Origin: Trichosphaerium sp. ATCC 40318
Taxonomy: Eukaryota > Protista > Tubulinea
DNA length: 64,000 nucleotides
Direction of reading: 5' to 3'
NCBI GenBank assembly: GCA_038496445.1
Contig: JALMLS010000577.1
Span: 930,001 to 994,000 of the forward strand
Made by a program: the position numbers and the translations under genes. Shown piece after piece: positions 26,657 to 38,889 of this stretch (position 1 is its first letter; every line of letters begins with the position of its first letter). Below the pieces are notes generated by a model that was not told the DNA's origin, did no database searches, and worked only from the letters and a program-made list of their open reading frames with translations.

Positions 26657-29600
26657 TCAATAGTTTAAGCTAATTTTGGAGTCCTTGAGAAGCTTTTCCG
26701 CTTTGGCAAGCTTTTGTTTCAAATCGTTCATTTCCACTACTAATACCTTGCTATCATTCGTACTTGAATTTCCAGATGAATGCTTTCGAGAATTAGAATT
26801 ATACTTGGCACCTCTGAAAAGAATTTTGGTTAGTCTATTGTAGTTGAATACTAATCTTATTTAACGAGCTTGTGAAACTTACTTTTCTGAGAGTTCTATA
26901 TCTGTATGTGAAAAGATCATCCATAGTTTTGGTATAAATATCACCATCAGAGTCACTAATACGATGCACAAGTGAGTACAAGGAAATGACATGTATTGGT
27001 ACAAAAAACCAAATCAAGCCCGAAAACGTTGCTTTGTTTAGATTTGAAAAGCGATTAGAAAAAAAGTTGGCTATTGTTTATATTTGTGTACCTGTTGCAC
27101 CAAACCAAATGCCAAGAGCTCCAACAATAGTCAATGTTTTATGAGAGGATCCAGTTGAGTCTATGGAGTATCCAAAAGCAAGAAGAAGAGTTGCCCATAT
27201 CAGATTATTGTAAATAGCAGCTCCCATCCATCTTGATTCATTGTACAGCGATGGTACTTTACGAACTGCAAATGCAAAATATGCACCAACAAGTAAAACA
27301 GCTCCCTTTTGAAATAAATTAAACTTGAAACCTTTTGTAAACAGCTATTGCTTCATACCTCGTATACAATGGTGAGGATCAAAAATACGCTTCCATATCT
27401 ACTTTTGCATCGAGCAATCTTAAAGTCATCATTTTGAGGATCCACAATATATCCTACTCTGTTGGGCGATGTTGCCGACCATAAGATTAGTATGGCCTTA
27501 TTTAGGTTAATTCAAATAACACGTGCACAATTGTTCAAAAAAAAACCAGAAAAAAGAAGGATACAAGTTGGATTATTATCGCAACTCCAGTTAGTTGTAT
27601 CAAGTCTCTTAATGAGATTGCAGTTATAGAAATATTAGCAGTACTGAATATCCGACGGATGCGGTACGTCTTGGATATCATAGGCCTATAACAGTTATTT
27701 TGTACAAATGACTATTTAGGAAAGCTGATGTTGTTAAACTTACGCCATTGCAATAATAAGCCCGAGAAGTGGAAGCCAAATACGAAGTTCACATGATAAA
27801 GAAGAAAGAGGAGCGATCCTAACAATGTTGTTATTTATGATGCCACGTGCTTATTTTTTTCGTTATTATTGTTTACCATGCCAACGCCCCACTGTATGAC
27901 AGCGCTATACCAAGTAGAATCAGGATTAGAAATTCTTTTGTAGACGCTCTAATTACTGATGATGACCTTAAATATTGTTAATTCAATACAAGTAGCTAAG
28001 GCTAACGATACGCACCAGTAGTATATGACGATGACTTCAATCACCAAAGTGCAAATGATACCAAGGCTTACAAGCACCAAAGTTATGATTGTTGTAATGT
28101 CTGACCAGTCACTCCATGCTCGGATATCACGTTGCTTTTCTGAAACGATGACATAAAGATGTCCATCGTTGTAGGACGGTCTTGCAAAGAAGGGAGCGAC
28201 AATGTGAGAGAATGTACCATTGGGTGTTGTGTTATTGTTCCAAGACATTAACTTGAATCTATCACCAATATTGTATCTTATACCATCAGGAGCATCAAGT
28301 TGAAGAGTACCAGCTTTATCGAATTAGCACGGAGGATACTTTGCAACAAGGAGGTGTATGTACCAAACTCAGGGACTATTAGAGGCCCGAATGTGATGAA
28401 AGAGTCAAATGACATTTTTACAATACTCTCATCAGTGAGTATCATGTTGGTATCAATCAATACGTCACCCTATTGTATTGGTAAACTAAATTGCTTTGAA
28501 ATATATTGTGAGTGTACCTCAACCACAAACGTTGCATTTTGCATTAGAATTGAGGAATCATTACCTCTCAGTTCAACTTGATCTCCAACAGTAAACGTTG
28601 ATCCATCACTGTTGATGATCCTTGAATTCACAGGTTGAAATTCAACCACGAAACCTCTATTTATTGATAGTTGTCCTAATAAGGTCAATATAACAATCTA
28701 AGACTCTAGTATGTAGTACGCTTACCATAGTTTCGAATTACAAGATCAAGTACTTTTAATTCACCAAGAACTAATGTGGCAACAGCTGAGTCTAAGATGA
28801 CCAATTGAGGCGAGGAACGCAACATACTATCATTCGTCAACACACCCTAAATAAGTATAAATGTTAGTCAAAAGCTGAGGATATCATGTATTCTTCGTAC
28901 ACTTATGACTCCTCCTGATGAATACTTAAATGCATCTCTAACAATAACACTCCCTTCTTCCTGAATTCTTACATTTGTGTTGGATACTGTTATGTCATTA
29001 ATCTCAACAATATCAGTGACATTCCAATCAGTGAATACAATGATTTTATCAAAAACGTTTCCTAAATACAATCTTAGACAAGAGTCAATACAAAATCTGA
29101 GTACCTATAGTTTCTGGCATGAATCCATGAAGATCAGCAGGGTCAGAATTAGAGAAGGTACTGTTTGTTACAACGGGTGCACCAAAATCGGCCAACACAG
29201 CTACAAGAGGTAAGTACACCGTTTGTTGATAAAAATCACGTGATTTGACAAAATTGTTAAAGCTAATCGTTCACATACCATAATTGCTGTTAATATCGAA
29301 TTTACAACTATCAAAAACTGAATTACTTCCAGCATTAACAGCTCCTCCCAATAACCCGTGATTATTGACAAAAGAGCAATTGGTGTATGAAGTTCCGAAA
29401 GTATATGCGGCACCTCCTTTCAAGGCGGCTGTGTTTTCAAGAAACAAACAATCTTCAAAAAAGTATCCTGCTCCAAAACCATGAATAGCACCTCCGTCAC
29501 GTGTTGCTGTATTTCGAATAAATCTCGTATTTCTTATTCGATACGTTACAGCGAACGCAAATGAAAATAAAATAGCTCCACCAGTATTCCTGGCTGAGTT

Positions 29601-31234
29601 CTCTTCAAAAAGACAATCTTCTATTATTACTACACGTGGATTTGTTGACAATCTTCCAGTCCTAATTAGTTTACCGAGTTCGAGCGCTCCATTAATACCA
29701 GTGTTTTTTCTAGAATATTTAGTTGACTACACGTCATGTCACACTGGACGTACCTGAAAGTAGTATTCGTAATGGTGGTATTGGTTATTCCACTAATTAC
29801 AATCGCTAAAACTGGTGTTAGCTTACAGCTTATAGAATAGCAGAACTTACGACTTGCTGTAGCATTATTATACTCAAACAAGCATCCTGCTATATTCACA
29901 ACTGCTCCTATTGGTAGATCTTGAAATAATGCTAATAAAGAGTAAGCGTAGATTTGTCATGTACAGTGTACCCAAAGCAGATCCATGTTCAGCGTTCGAA
30001 TATTGAAAAGTACATCCATAAAACTGAGCTTTGATAAGATCAAAACCCCTTACAACACCTTGGGCTGTCAAACACGATGAACGAGTTAAGAACAAAAATG
30101 TACCTGCTCCACCAACTGAATTATTTCTAAATACACAGTCTGTCATTGTTGACACAGATTTGTATACAGTAACAATACTGTATCCTCTTTCCTCTCCATA
30201 GTATCGAAAATTGAGACCATCACGAAATACGTAAGTCATCGTGTTGCGTTCAAAAATGACCCTAAACCATCTATTCAGCACAGAAACGCGAAAATGGATC
30301 TACCTTGTAAGAACTACACTTGAATTCCGAACATGTAAAACGCCTGTATCATTCGCATTTACTTCCTGACAACCATTTTCAATAAACTGCGTGTCTCTAC
30401 AAGACCAGTTAATAGAAAATACATGCAAAATAGTTTTGTGCTTCACGTACGTTATTTCAATATGACATCCATTCGCTGCATATAAAACAGAAGCAGCTGT
30501 ATTCTTTATCAAAGTTAAATTACGTTTCGTGACGTTTGCTGTGAAAAAAAGTCGTACATTAAAACTATCTCCCTCCTATTTGATTGATTAATACCAAAAT
30601 ACCTGAAAATAGGCGAAAAAAAAATTAAAAAAAGAGCTTTGTTTGCGTCACTTACACCATTTTGAACTACTATGCCACACTCTGCGTGCGTAAACGTGAC
30701 GAAAGATATTGATAGAATCGGAATACGATTTTCGTCGTATTGTCTGCCACACGTGGGTATCGTTACGAATGAGTTCACCATCTCTCCATCCCACACACTG
30801 CCTCCAAGAGGTGACCCTATTGAAAAAAATTTAGTTCAGTTCGTTAACGGAGTTTAAATAGAGCTATGCGTTAACCTTCAATCTTTATATCATTAAGCAA
30901 CTCCGGCTGGGACCATATTAGATTGGAGTTATTTGTTCCTGAAAACACGTCAGCAGACGTGTAAGTACTTCATTACGTTTGTACCTTTATAGACGCCACT
31001 AGCCAGTTTAATAACATCTCCAGAAGAACTCGAATTAAACAATGTATATTTTATAGAGCGGCAAGGCTCCTGTTCATTAGTGCAGTCTCCAAAATCGCGT
31101 CCTAAAGCAATACAATTAGTAACTGACCAAACATTTGGATATTTTTTAATACCATTTGGGCTTATGTACCGTTTGGTACATATACACGATGCCAGTAATG
31201 ACAGAAAAACCAGTTTACTTAAATGCCTTCGCAT
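26657..31234 (-). CDS. Receptor copy 2: beta-helix ectodomain + class C GPCR 7TM; multi-exon
   Basis: Near-identical exon/intron layout to copy 1. Starts MRRHLSKLVFLSLLASCICT and carries the same FxxN/GGAI and 7tm_3 motifs. Confidence 0.85.
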
Positions 31235-31277
31235 TAGTGGTTGTGTTGATAGAAAGGCAAAACAATAATTATTAAGT

Positions 31278-31860
31278 TTTCGGGGCTTCCTAATTTAGAC
31301 GAAAGTCCTCGAGCGCAAGCAAAAAGGGAGACACGTGTTATGACAAGTAATGTCTATTCATAAATGAATGATTTTAACACTGTTAAAGCTCTCCATCTAG
31401 AAGCCTTTTATTCTCCTTTGTCTATTTAAAATAAATACAACAGTTTTCGAAGCTGATCTTTTTTTTATCACTAAATTTTTAAAAGTGCTCACTATAAAAC
31501 AAAAAACTTTCGCTATCCAAATAAGCTTTGAAATTATGTGGTTGATTTAGCGCGCCTTTTTATACTAAAAAGAGTGTTTTTAAGGGAAGGGAGCCGCAGT
31601 TTAGTTCTAAAAAAACATCCCAGTGGTAATGTTTCGACTGCCGTATATCTTACGCACGCGTGGTTACCCTGTAGCTTTGTTAGAGGACAACAGGAAGAAA
31701 GGTTTGTTATTAACGGCACGTGCAGTTTTCCGAAATTAAAGTAGTTACATAACGCTGTAAATCACCTGAGGGATGCATCTAATGGTGTTTCTCCCAATTT
31801 CTTGAGTTCCGAAAACGGAGAATAAAGACAAAAAAAATTGGCTAGTACGTTTTTTGGCCA
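31278..31860 (-). pseudogene. Degenerate partial copy of the 36797-37260 region, including the last exon of the small ankyrin gene
   Basis: 31717-31860 aligns by eye with 37111-37255 (cacgtg..ttttccgaaattaaagtagttacataacgc..gatgcatctaatggtgtttctccc) with indels. 31278-31440 aligns with 36797-36940. Confidence 0.75.
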
Positions 31861-32082
31861 AAGTGAAGAATGTTACATCTAGAAATAGTCTTTGACAGTG
31901 GTACTAAACATCCACTTACCCACGAGTGTGTTGCGTACTTTAATCTAGGAAGAACAAGCTCTTTTATTAAACCAAGGAATTCTGGGTTAGACGAACAAAG
32001 CTGTTATTTTATGATAGTTAATGTTTATGATGAAATCTAGTTACAGCAAGACCTTTACTCTAGTACTACAATATTCTTTACT

Positions 32083-35000
32083 TTACTCATCATAATTTAA
32101 ACTAATTTTGGACTCCTTAAGAAGTTTTTCTGCTTTGGCAAGCTTTTTCTTCAAATCGTTCATTTCTACTGACGATACCTTGCTATTAGTCCCACCTGAG
32201 TTTCCAGATGAATGCTTTCGAGAATTAGAACTATACTTGGCACCTCTGAAACGAATTTTGGTTAGTCTGTTGTACCAACATCAAGTTGAATAACGAGCTT
32301 GTGAAACTTACTTTTCTGAGAGTTCTAAATCTGTATGTGCAAAGATCATCCATAGTTTTGGTATAAATATCACCATCAGAGTCACTAATACGATGCACAA
32401 GTAAGTACAAGAAAATTGAAATGGCGTGCCAAACATGAGCTTAAAACAAATGAGATAAGGTTGTCTGTTTTGTACCTGTTGCACCAAACCAAATGCCAAG
32501 AGCTCCAACAATAGTCAATGTTTTATGAGAGGATCCAGTTGAGTCTATGGAGTATCCAAAAGCGAGGAGAAGAGTTGCCCATATCAGATTATTGTAAATA
32601 GCAGCTCCCATCCATCTTGATTCATTGTACAACGATGGTACTTTACGAACTGCAAATGCAAAATATGCACCAACAAGTAAAACAGCTCCCTTTGAAATAA
32701 ATTAAACTTGATACCTTTTGTCAACAGCTATTACTTCGTACCTCGTATACAATGGTGAGGATCAAAAATACGCTTCCGTATCTACTCTTGCATCGAGCAA
32801 TCTTAAAGTCATCATTTTGAGGATCCACAATATATCCTACTCTGTTGGGTGATGTTGCAGACCATAAGATTAGTATGGCCTCATTTAGGTTAATTCAAAT
32901 AACACGTGCGCAATTGTTCAAAAAAAACCCAGAAAAAAGAAGGATACAAGTTGGATTATTATCGCAACTCCAGTTAGTTGTATCAAGTCTCTTAAAGTGA
33001 TTGCGGTTATAGATATATTAGCAGTACTGAATATTCGACTTATACGATATGTCTTAGATATCATAGGCCTAGAAAATTTGTTATTTGTACAGATGACACT
33101 CGCTTGAACTTACGCCATAGCGAGAATAAGTCCGAGAAGTGGAAGCCAAATACGAAGTTCACATGATAAAGAAGAAAGAGGTGCGAGCCTAACAATGTTG
33201 TTATTTATGACGCCACTCTTCCCTTTATTTCTTACCATGCCAATGCTCCACTGTATGACAGCGCTATACCGAGTAGAATCAAGATTAGGAATTCTCTTGT
33301 AGAGGCTCTAATCACTGCTGATGACCTTAATATTGTTAATTCAATACAAGTAGCTAATCAATACGCATTTGCAAAGCTACATAGATTAAATCTAACGATA
33401 CGCACCAGTAGTATATGACAATGACTTCAATCACCAAAGTGCAAATGATACCAAGGCTTACAAGCACCAAAGTTATGATTGTTGTAATGTCTGACCAGTC
33501 ACTCCATGCTCGGATATCACGTTGCTTTTCTGAAACGATGACATAAAGATGTCCATCGTTGTAGGATGGTCTTGCAAAGAAGGGAGCGTCAATGTGAGAG
33601 AATGTACCATTGGGTGTTGTGTTATTGTTCCAAGACATTAACTTGAATCTATCACCAATATTGTATCTTATACCATCAAGAGCATCAAGTTGAAGAGTGC
33701 CAGCTATGTTAAATGAGTATGACGAACACATTGATATCAATACCAAACTCAGGGATTATTTGAGGTCCGAATGTGATGAAAGAGTTAAGTGCCATTCGTA
33801 CAATACTCTCATCAGTGAGTATCATGTTGGTATCAATCAATACGTCACCCTATTGTATTGGTAAACTAAATTGCTTTGAAATATATTGTGAGTGTACCTC
33901 AACCACAAATGTTGCATTTTTTACTAGAATTGAGGAATCATTACCCCTCAGTTCAACTTGATCTCCAACAGTAAACGTTGATCCATCACTGTTGATGATC
34001 CTTGAATTCACAGGTTGAAATTCAACCACGAAACCTCTATTTATTGATAGTTGTCCTAATTGAGATTAGTACAAATCTAAGGCTCTAGTACGCAGTACGC
34101 TTACCATAGTTTCGAATTACAAGATCAAGTACTTTCAGTTCACCAAGAACTAATGTGGCAACAGCTGAGTCTAAGATGACCAATTGAGGCGAGGAACGCA
34201 ACATACTATCATTCGTCAACACACCCTAAATAAGTATAAGTATAAGTCAAAAGCTGAGGATATCATGTTGTCTTCGTACACTTATGACTCCTCCTGATGA
34301 ATACTTAAATGCATCTCTAACAATGACACTCCCTTCTTCCTGAATTCTTACATTTGTGTTGGTTACTGTTATGTCATTAATCTCAACAACATCAGTAACA
34401 TCCCAATCAGTGAATACAATGATTTTATCAAAAACGTTTCCTAAATACAATTTTAGACAAGGGTCAACAGAAAGCTGAGTACCTATAGTTTCTGGCATGA
34501 ATCCATGAAGATCAGCAGGATCAGAATTAGAGAAAGTACTGTTGGTCACAACGGGTGTACCAAAATCGGCCACCACAGCTACAAGAGGTTCAATGTAAGT
34601 ACAATGTTTGATACAAAATGATCAAAAATGCTACGTAAAAGCGTTCACATACCATAATTGCTGTTAATATCGAATTTGCAACTCTCCAAAACAGAGTTAC
34701 TTCCAGAATTAACAGCACCTCCCGATAACGCGTGATTGTTGATAAAAGAACAGTTGGTATATGAAGTTCCAGAAGTATCTGCAGCACCTCCTTTCTCGGC
34801 TGCTGTGTTTTCAAGAAACAAACAATCTTCAAAAAAGTATCCTGATCCAAAAGCATAAATAGCACCTCCATTACGTGTTGCTGTATTTCGAATAAATCTC
34901 GTATTTCTTATTCGATACGTTACAGCAAATACAAACTCAAATAAAAGGGCGCCTCCAGAATTTCTGGCTGAGTTCTCTTCAAAAAGACAATCTTCTATTG

Positions 35001-36582
35001 TTACAAAACGTGGATTTGTTGACAATGCTCCAATCTGGATTAATTTACCAAATTCAATTCCACTGTTACCAGTGTTTTTTCTAGAATATTTAGTTGACTA
35101 CACGTCATGTCATATTGAACATACCTGAAAGTAGTATTCGTAATGGTGGTATTGGTTATTCCGCTAAATACAACTGCTAACACTCCGTTGTTAATACAGA
35201 GAAAACTAATCAAGGAGAACTTACGACTTGCTGAAGCATTATTATACTCAAACAAGCATCCTGCTATATTCACAACTGCTCCTATTGGTAGATCTTGAAA
35301 TAATGCTAATAAAGAGTAAGCGTAGATTTGTCATGTACAGTGTACCCAAGGCAGATCCATGTTCAGCGTTCGAATATTGAAAAGTACATCCATAAAACTG
35401 AGCTTTGATAAGATCAAAACCCCTTACAACACCTTGGGCTGTCAAACACGATGAACGACTTAAGAACCAAAATGTACCTGTACCGCCAACTGAATTATTT
35501 CTAAATACACAGTCTATCATTGTCGACACAGACTTGTACATAGTAACAATACTGTATCCTCTTTCCTCTCCATAGAACCGGTAATTAACAAGATCAGGGA
35601 AAAAGTAAGTCATCGTGTTGCGTTCAAAAATGACCCTAAACTATTTAGCACAGAAACGCGAAAATGGTTGCTACCTTGTAAGAACTACACTTGAATTCCG
35701 AACATGTAAAACGCCTGCATCGTTTGCACTTACTTCCTGACAACCATTTTCAATAAACTGTGTGTCTCTACAAGAAATACATCAGGTAAATAGAAATGAA
35801 ATAGTTTTGTGCTTCACGTACGTTATTTCAATATGACATCCATTTGATGCATATAAAACAGAAGCAGTATTCTTGAAACAAGTTAATTAAGTTTTGTGAC
35901 GTTCAGTTGGACAAGGCTGTGGAGAAAAAAGTCGTACATTAAAACTATCTCCCTCCTATGTGATTGATTAATACACGAAAATAGGCGAAAAAACGAGCTT
36001 TGTTTGAGTCACTTACGCCATTTTGAACTACTATGCCACACTCTGCGTGTGTAAAAGTGACGAAAGATATTGATAGAATCGGAATACGATCTTCGTCGTA
36101 TTGTCTGCCACACGTGGGTATCGTTAAGAATGAGTTCACCATCTCTCCATCCCATACACTGTTCCCAAGAGATGACCCTTTTAAAAATAGTTCAGTCGGA
36201 GTTTTCAATAGACTGCACGCTACCTTCAATCTTTATATCATTAAGCAACTCCGGCTGGGACCATATTAGATTGGAGTTATTTGTTCCTGAAAAACACGTG
36301 TTAACAAAGTAAGTACTTCATTACGTTTGTACCTTTATAGACGCCACTAGCCAGTTTAATAACATCTCCAGAAGAACTCGAATTAAACAATGTATATTTT
36401 ATAGAGCGACAAGGCTCCTGTTCATTAGTGCAGTCTCCAAAATCACGTCCTACGTAACCAATACAATTAGTAACTGACAAAACAATTGCATTTTCAATAC
36501 CATTTGGGCTTATGTACCGTTTGGTACATATGCACGACGCCAATAACGATAGAAATACTAGTTTAATTATGTGCATCCGCAT
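32083..36582 (-). CDS. Receptor copy 3: beta-helix ectodomain + class C GPCR 7TM; multi-exon
   Basis: Starts MRMHIIKLVFLSLLASCICT; same domain motifs and intron positions as copies 1 and 2. Confidence 0.85.
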
Positions 36583-37023
36583 TAGTGGTTGTGTTGATAT
36601 TATAGGTATTCAAGTTAATTGTGAATTTGGTTTGACCCATTTGTTGTAACTTGGAAAAAATAAATAGAATTCGGAGATTGAATTACACTTCTTTGTCAGG
36701 GCAAACAAAGGAAGACGTATAAGAAGTCATTTTGGACATAGACGCAAATTACACAGAATTTTCAAAAGGCACAAGAAATACACAACAATTATTTGGTTTT
36801 CGGAGTTTCCTAATTTAGAACGAAAGGCAAAGAGGGACAACGTGTTATTGACAACGCCTATTCATAAATCAACAATTAACATTGCTAACGCACGCCACCT
36901 TGCAGCGTTTATTTCTCCTTTGCCTATTTAAAACAAATACAACAAGTAGTTGTTCAGTTCGAAAAGCAGATCTTTTTTTTTTCCCATTAAATAGGCGCTT
37001 CTGATTAAATTATACACTACTTC

Positions 37024-37090
37024 TGTAACGAGAGGATTCGAGATACGTTCATAGAACACGAGATATATCAACTCGAATCCTCTCGTTACA
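37024..37090. repeat. Perfect 19-bp inverted repeat (hairpin)
   Basis: tgtaacgagaggattcgag ... ctcgaatcctctcgttaca, with a 29-nt partly paired loop. Confidence 0.9.
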
Positions 37091-37109
37091 TTTTCAGGTG
37101 ATACTAACG

Positions 37110-37611
37110 TCACGTGCTGTTTTCCGAAATTAAAGTAGTTACATAACGCCGGAAATCATCTGAGGGTGATGCATCTAATGGTGTTTCTCCCCATTTCTTG
37201 AGTTGTTCAGAAAACAGAAAGAAGACAAAAAAACTTTTGCTAGTACGTTTTTTGCTTTGACGTCCGCATCAGCTTTTATCAACAGGGCTACCATCTCCTT
37301 TAACCCACTTTCCACTGCAGCGTGTAATAGTGTTTGTTTCTTTGTTTTGAAGGGGTTAAGCACTACATTTTACAAAAAGAGTCTCTTACCGTCTAAAAGA
37401 GCGTCAGATTATTCACGGTTGTGGAATCGTACGAGCTACAATCGTTAGTATTTGTACAACGCCCTAAACTGTCCTACCACCTACTTACGCGCGTTAGACT
37501 GCATAGAGATTATTTACGTACAGTTGGTTTATTTACCACTCTAGGGTTTTTTTTAATAGCAATGCGCACTGTATCAACATCTCCAGAAGCAACTGCTTTA
37601 AACAGTGACAT
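37110..37611 (-). CDS. Small ankyrin-repeat protein; multi-exon
   Basis: MSLFKAVASGDVDTVRIAI..., QTLLHAAVESGLKEMVALLIKADADVKAKN, WGETPLDA. The middle exon structure is uncertain. Confidence 0.7.
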
Positions 37612-38036
37612 GTCACGCTTGTTTCTGACAAGCCAAGCCGTTAAGCACTTAAACATAAAACAAAGCGTAGGCATCCTAAAATGAAGCAAGAGAAGCAATG
37701 TGTACAATGTAGCTCTAAAGTGCCTCATTTGTACAAAATATTTTGTGCCAACTCTGCAAATCCAAGTGTTAGGTTGACACATTGCGTGCGTACCAAAATA
37801 CACAAAACTACTGACTTACGAGTGATTGTAGACGAAATGTAATCAAATTGCTGACAAATACGTTGAATTTGACTGGATTCTACTACTCCTGGATCTCTTA
37901 CTACTTAAAACGGCCGTTTACAAACACATTCTATTTAATGTTGAATACACAGCTAAAAACTGGCTACCGGTACGCGAACGGCATCTCATGGTATTAGCAG
38001 TGACAGGCAATAGTCTTGGACAAAGAAATCACTCGT

Positions 38037-38803
38037 ATGCACTCTACTCTTTCTTGCCTGTATCCCCAAAGTATATTTTATGTCAAACCCAACGTTCAAA
38101 TCCTTGACAACATAGACACGAAATGGTTTTCTCTGCATCTTTATTTTAGTAATTTTTCACTTGATGATGCGTTGACGTCAAATTCAATGATTCCAGCGTC
38201 ATGGTACTTTGGTATCGTTGCGTATTCAATAGCAGAGTTTGCTGTATTTGTTCTTGGTAAGCACACAGCCACGTTGCTTTTTTTTTAGTTTCATCTCACG
38301 ATAGTATAGGAGCATTCACTACTATCAAGTTAATGGCGGGAGAGGGAGAGTACGTATTGTTGACATCTTTTTGGATGTTTTTTTAGTTGACACTTTTAAC
38401 TTTGACACGTAGTCTTCGCCTTATTCTTTCTGCTATTTGTCTGTCGTCATTTTCAAGACCGTTCATACTCTTGACTGTAATTTGGCACTATGCAATCTAT
38501 ATTGTTGCTTTAATTGATATTTACGTGTTGGCTTCTAACGTAGTCGCGTTAAATGGTAAGAAACAGATTTTTACTTTGTTTTTGAAGTCAAAAAATAATA
38601 GCTTTGTGTAGCCGTTATAAAGTCACAATCAACGGCGTTCGCTGCCGTTTTTGCTGGTGTATTACTACAATGTCTCTTACAACTCATTGTGTACTTGGCA
38701 TCTCCTTCATTTATGGAACCTTTCTGGGAGCTATCATTACATTCTGTTCAGTACTTTTTTGGATAACAACCCAGTTGTGAATACTGTGGCGCTCTGGTTT
38801 TAA
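38037..38803 (+). CDS. Small multi-pass membrane protein of unknown family; start uncertain
   Basis: Hydrophobic exons (WYFGIVAYSIAEFAVFVLGAF; LILSAICLSSFSRPFILLTVIWHYAIYIVALIDIYVL; FAAVFAGVLLQCLLQLIVYL) join in frame through GT-AG introns. Confidence 0.5.
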
Positions 38804-38889
38804 GTAACGGCAGTTTTTGGGTGTAAATAATTTTGACAGTGAAAACGTTGTTTGTAGACAGAACAGAGGAAGCTTAGAGAACGACGCGT

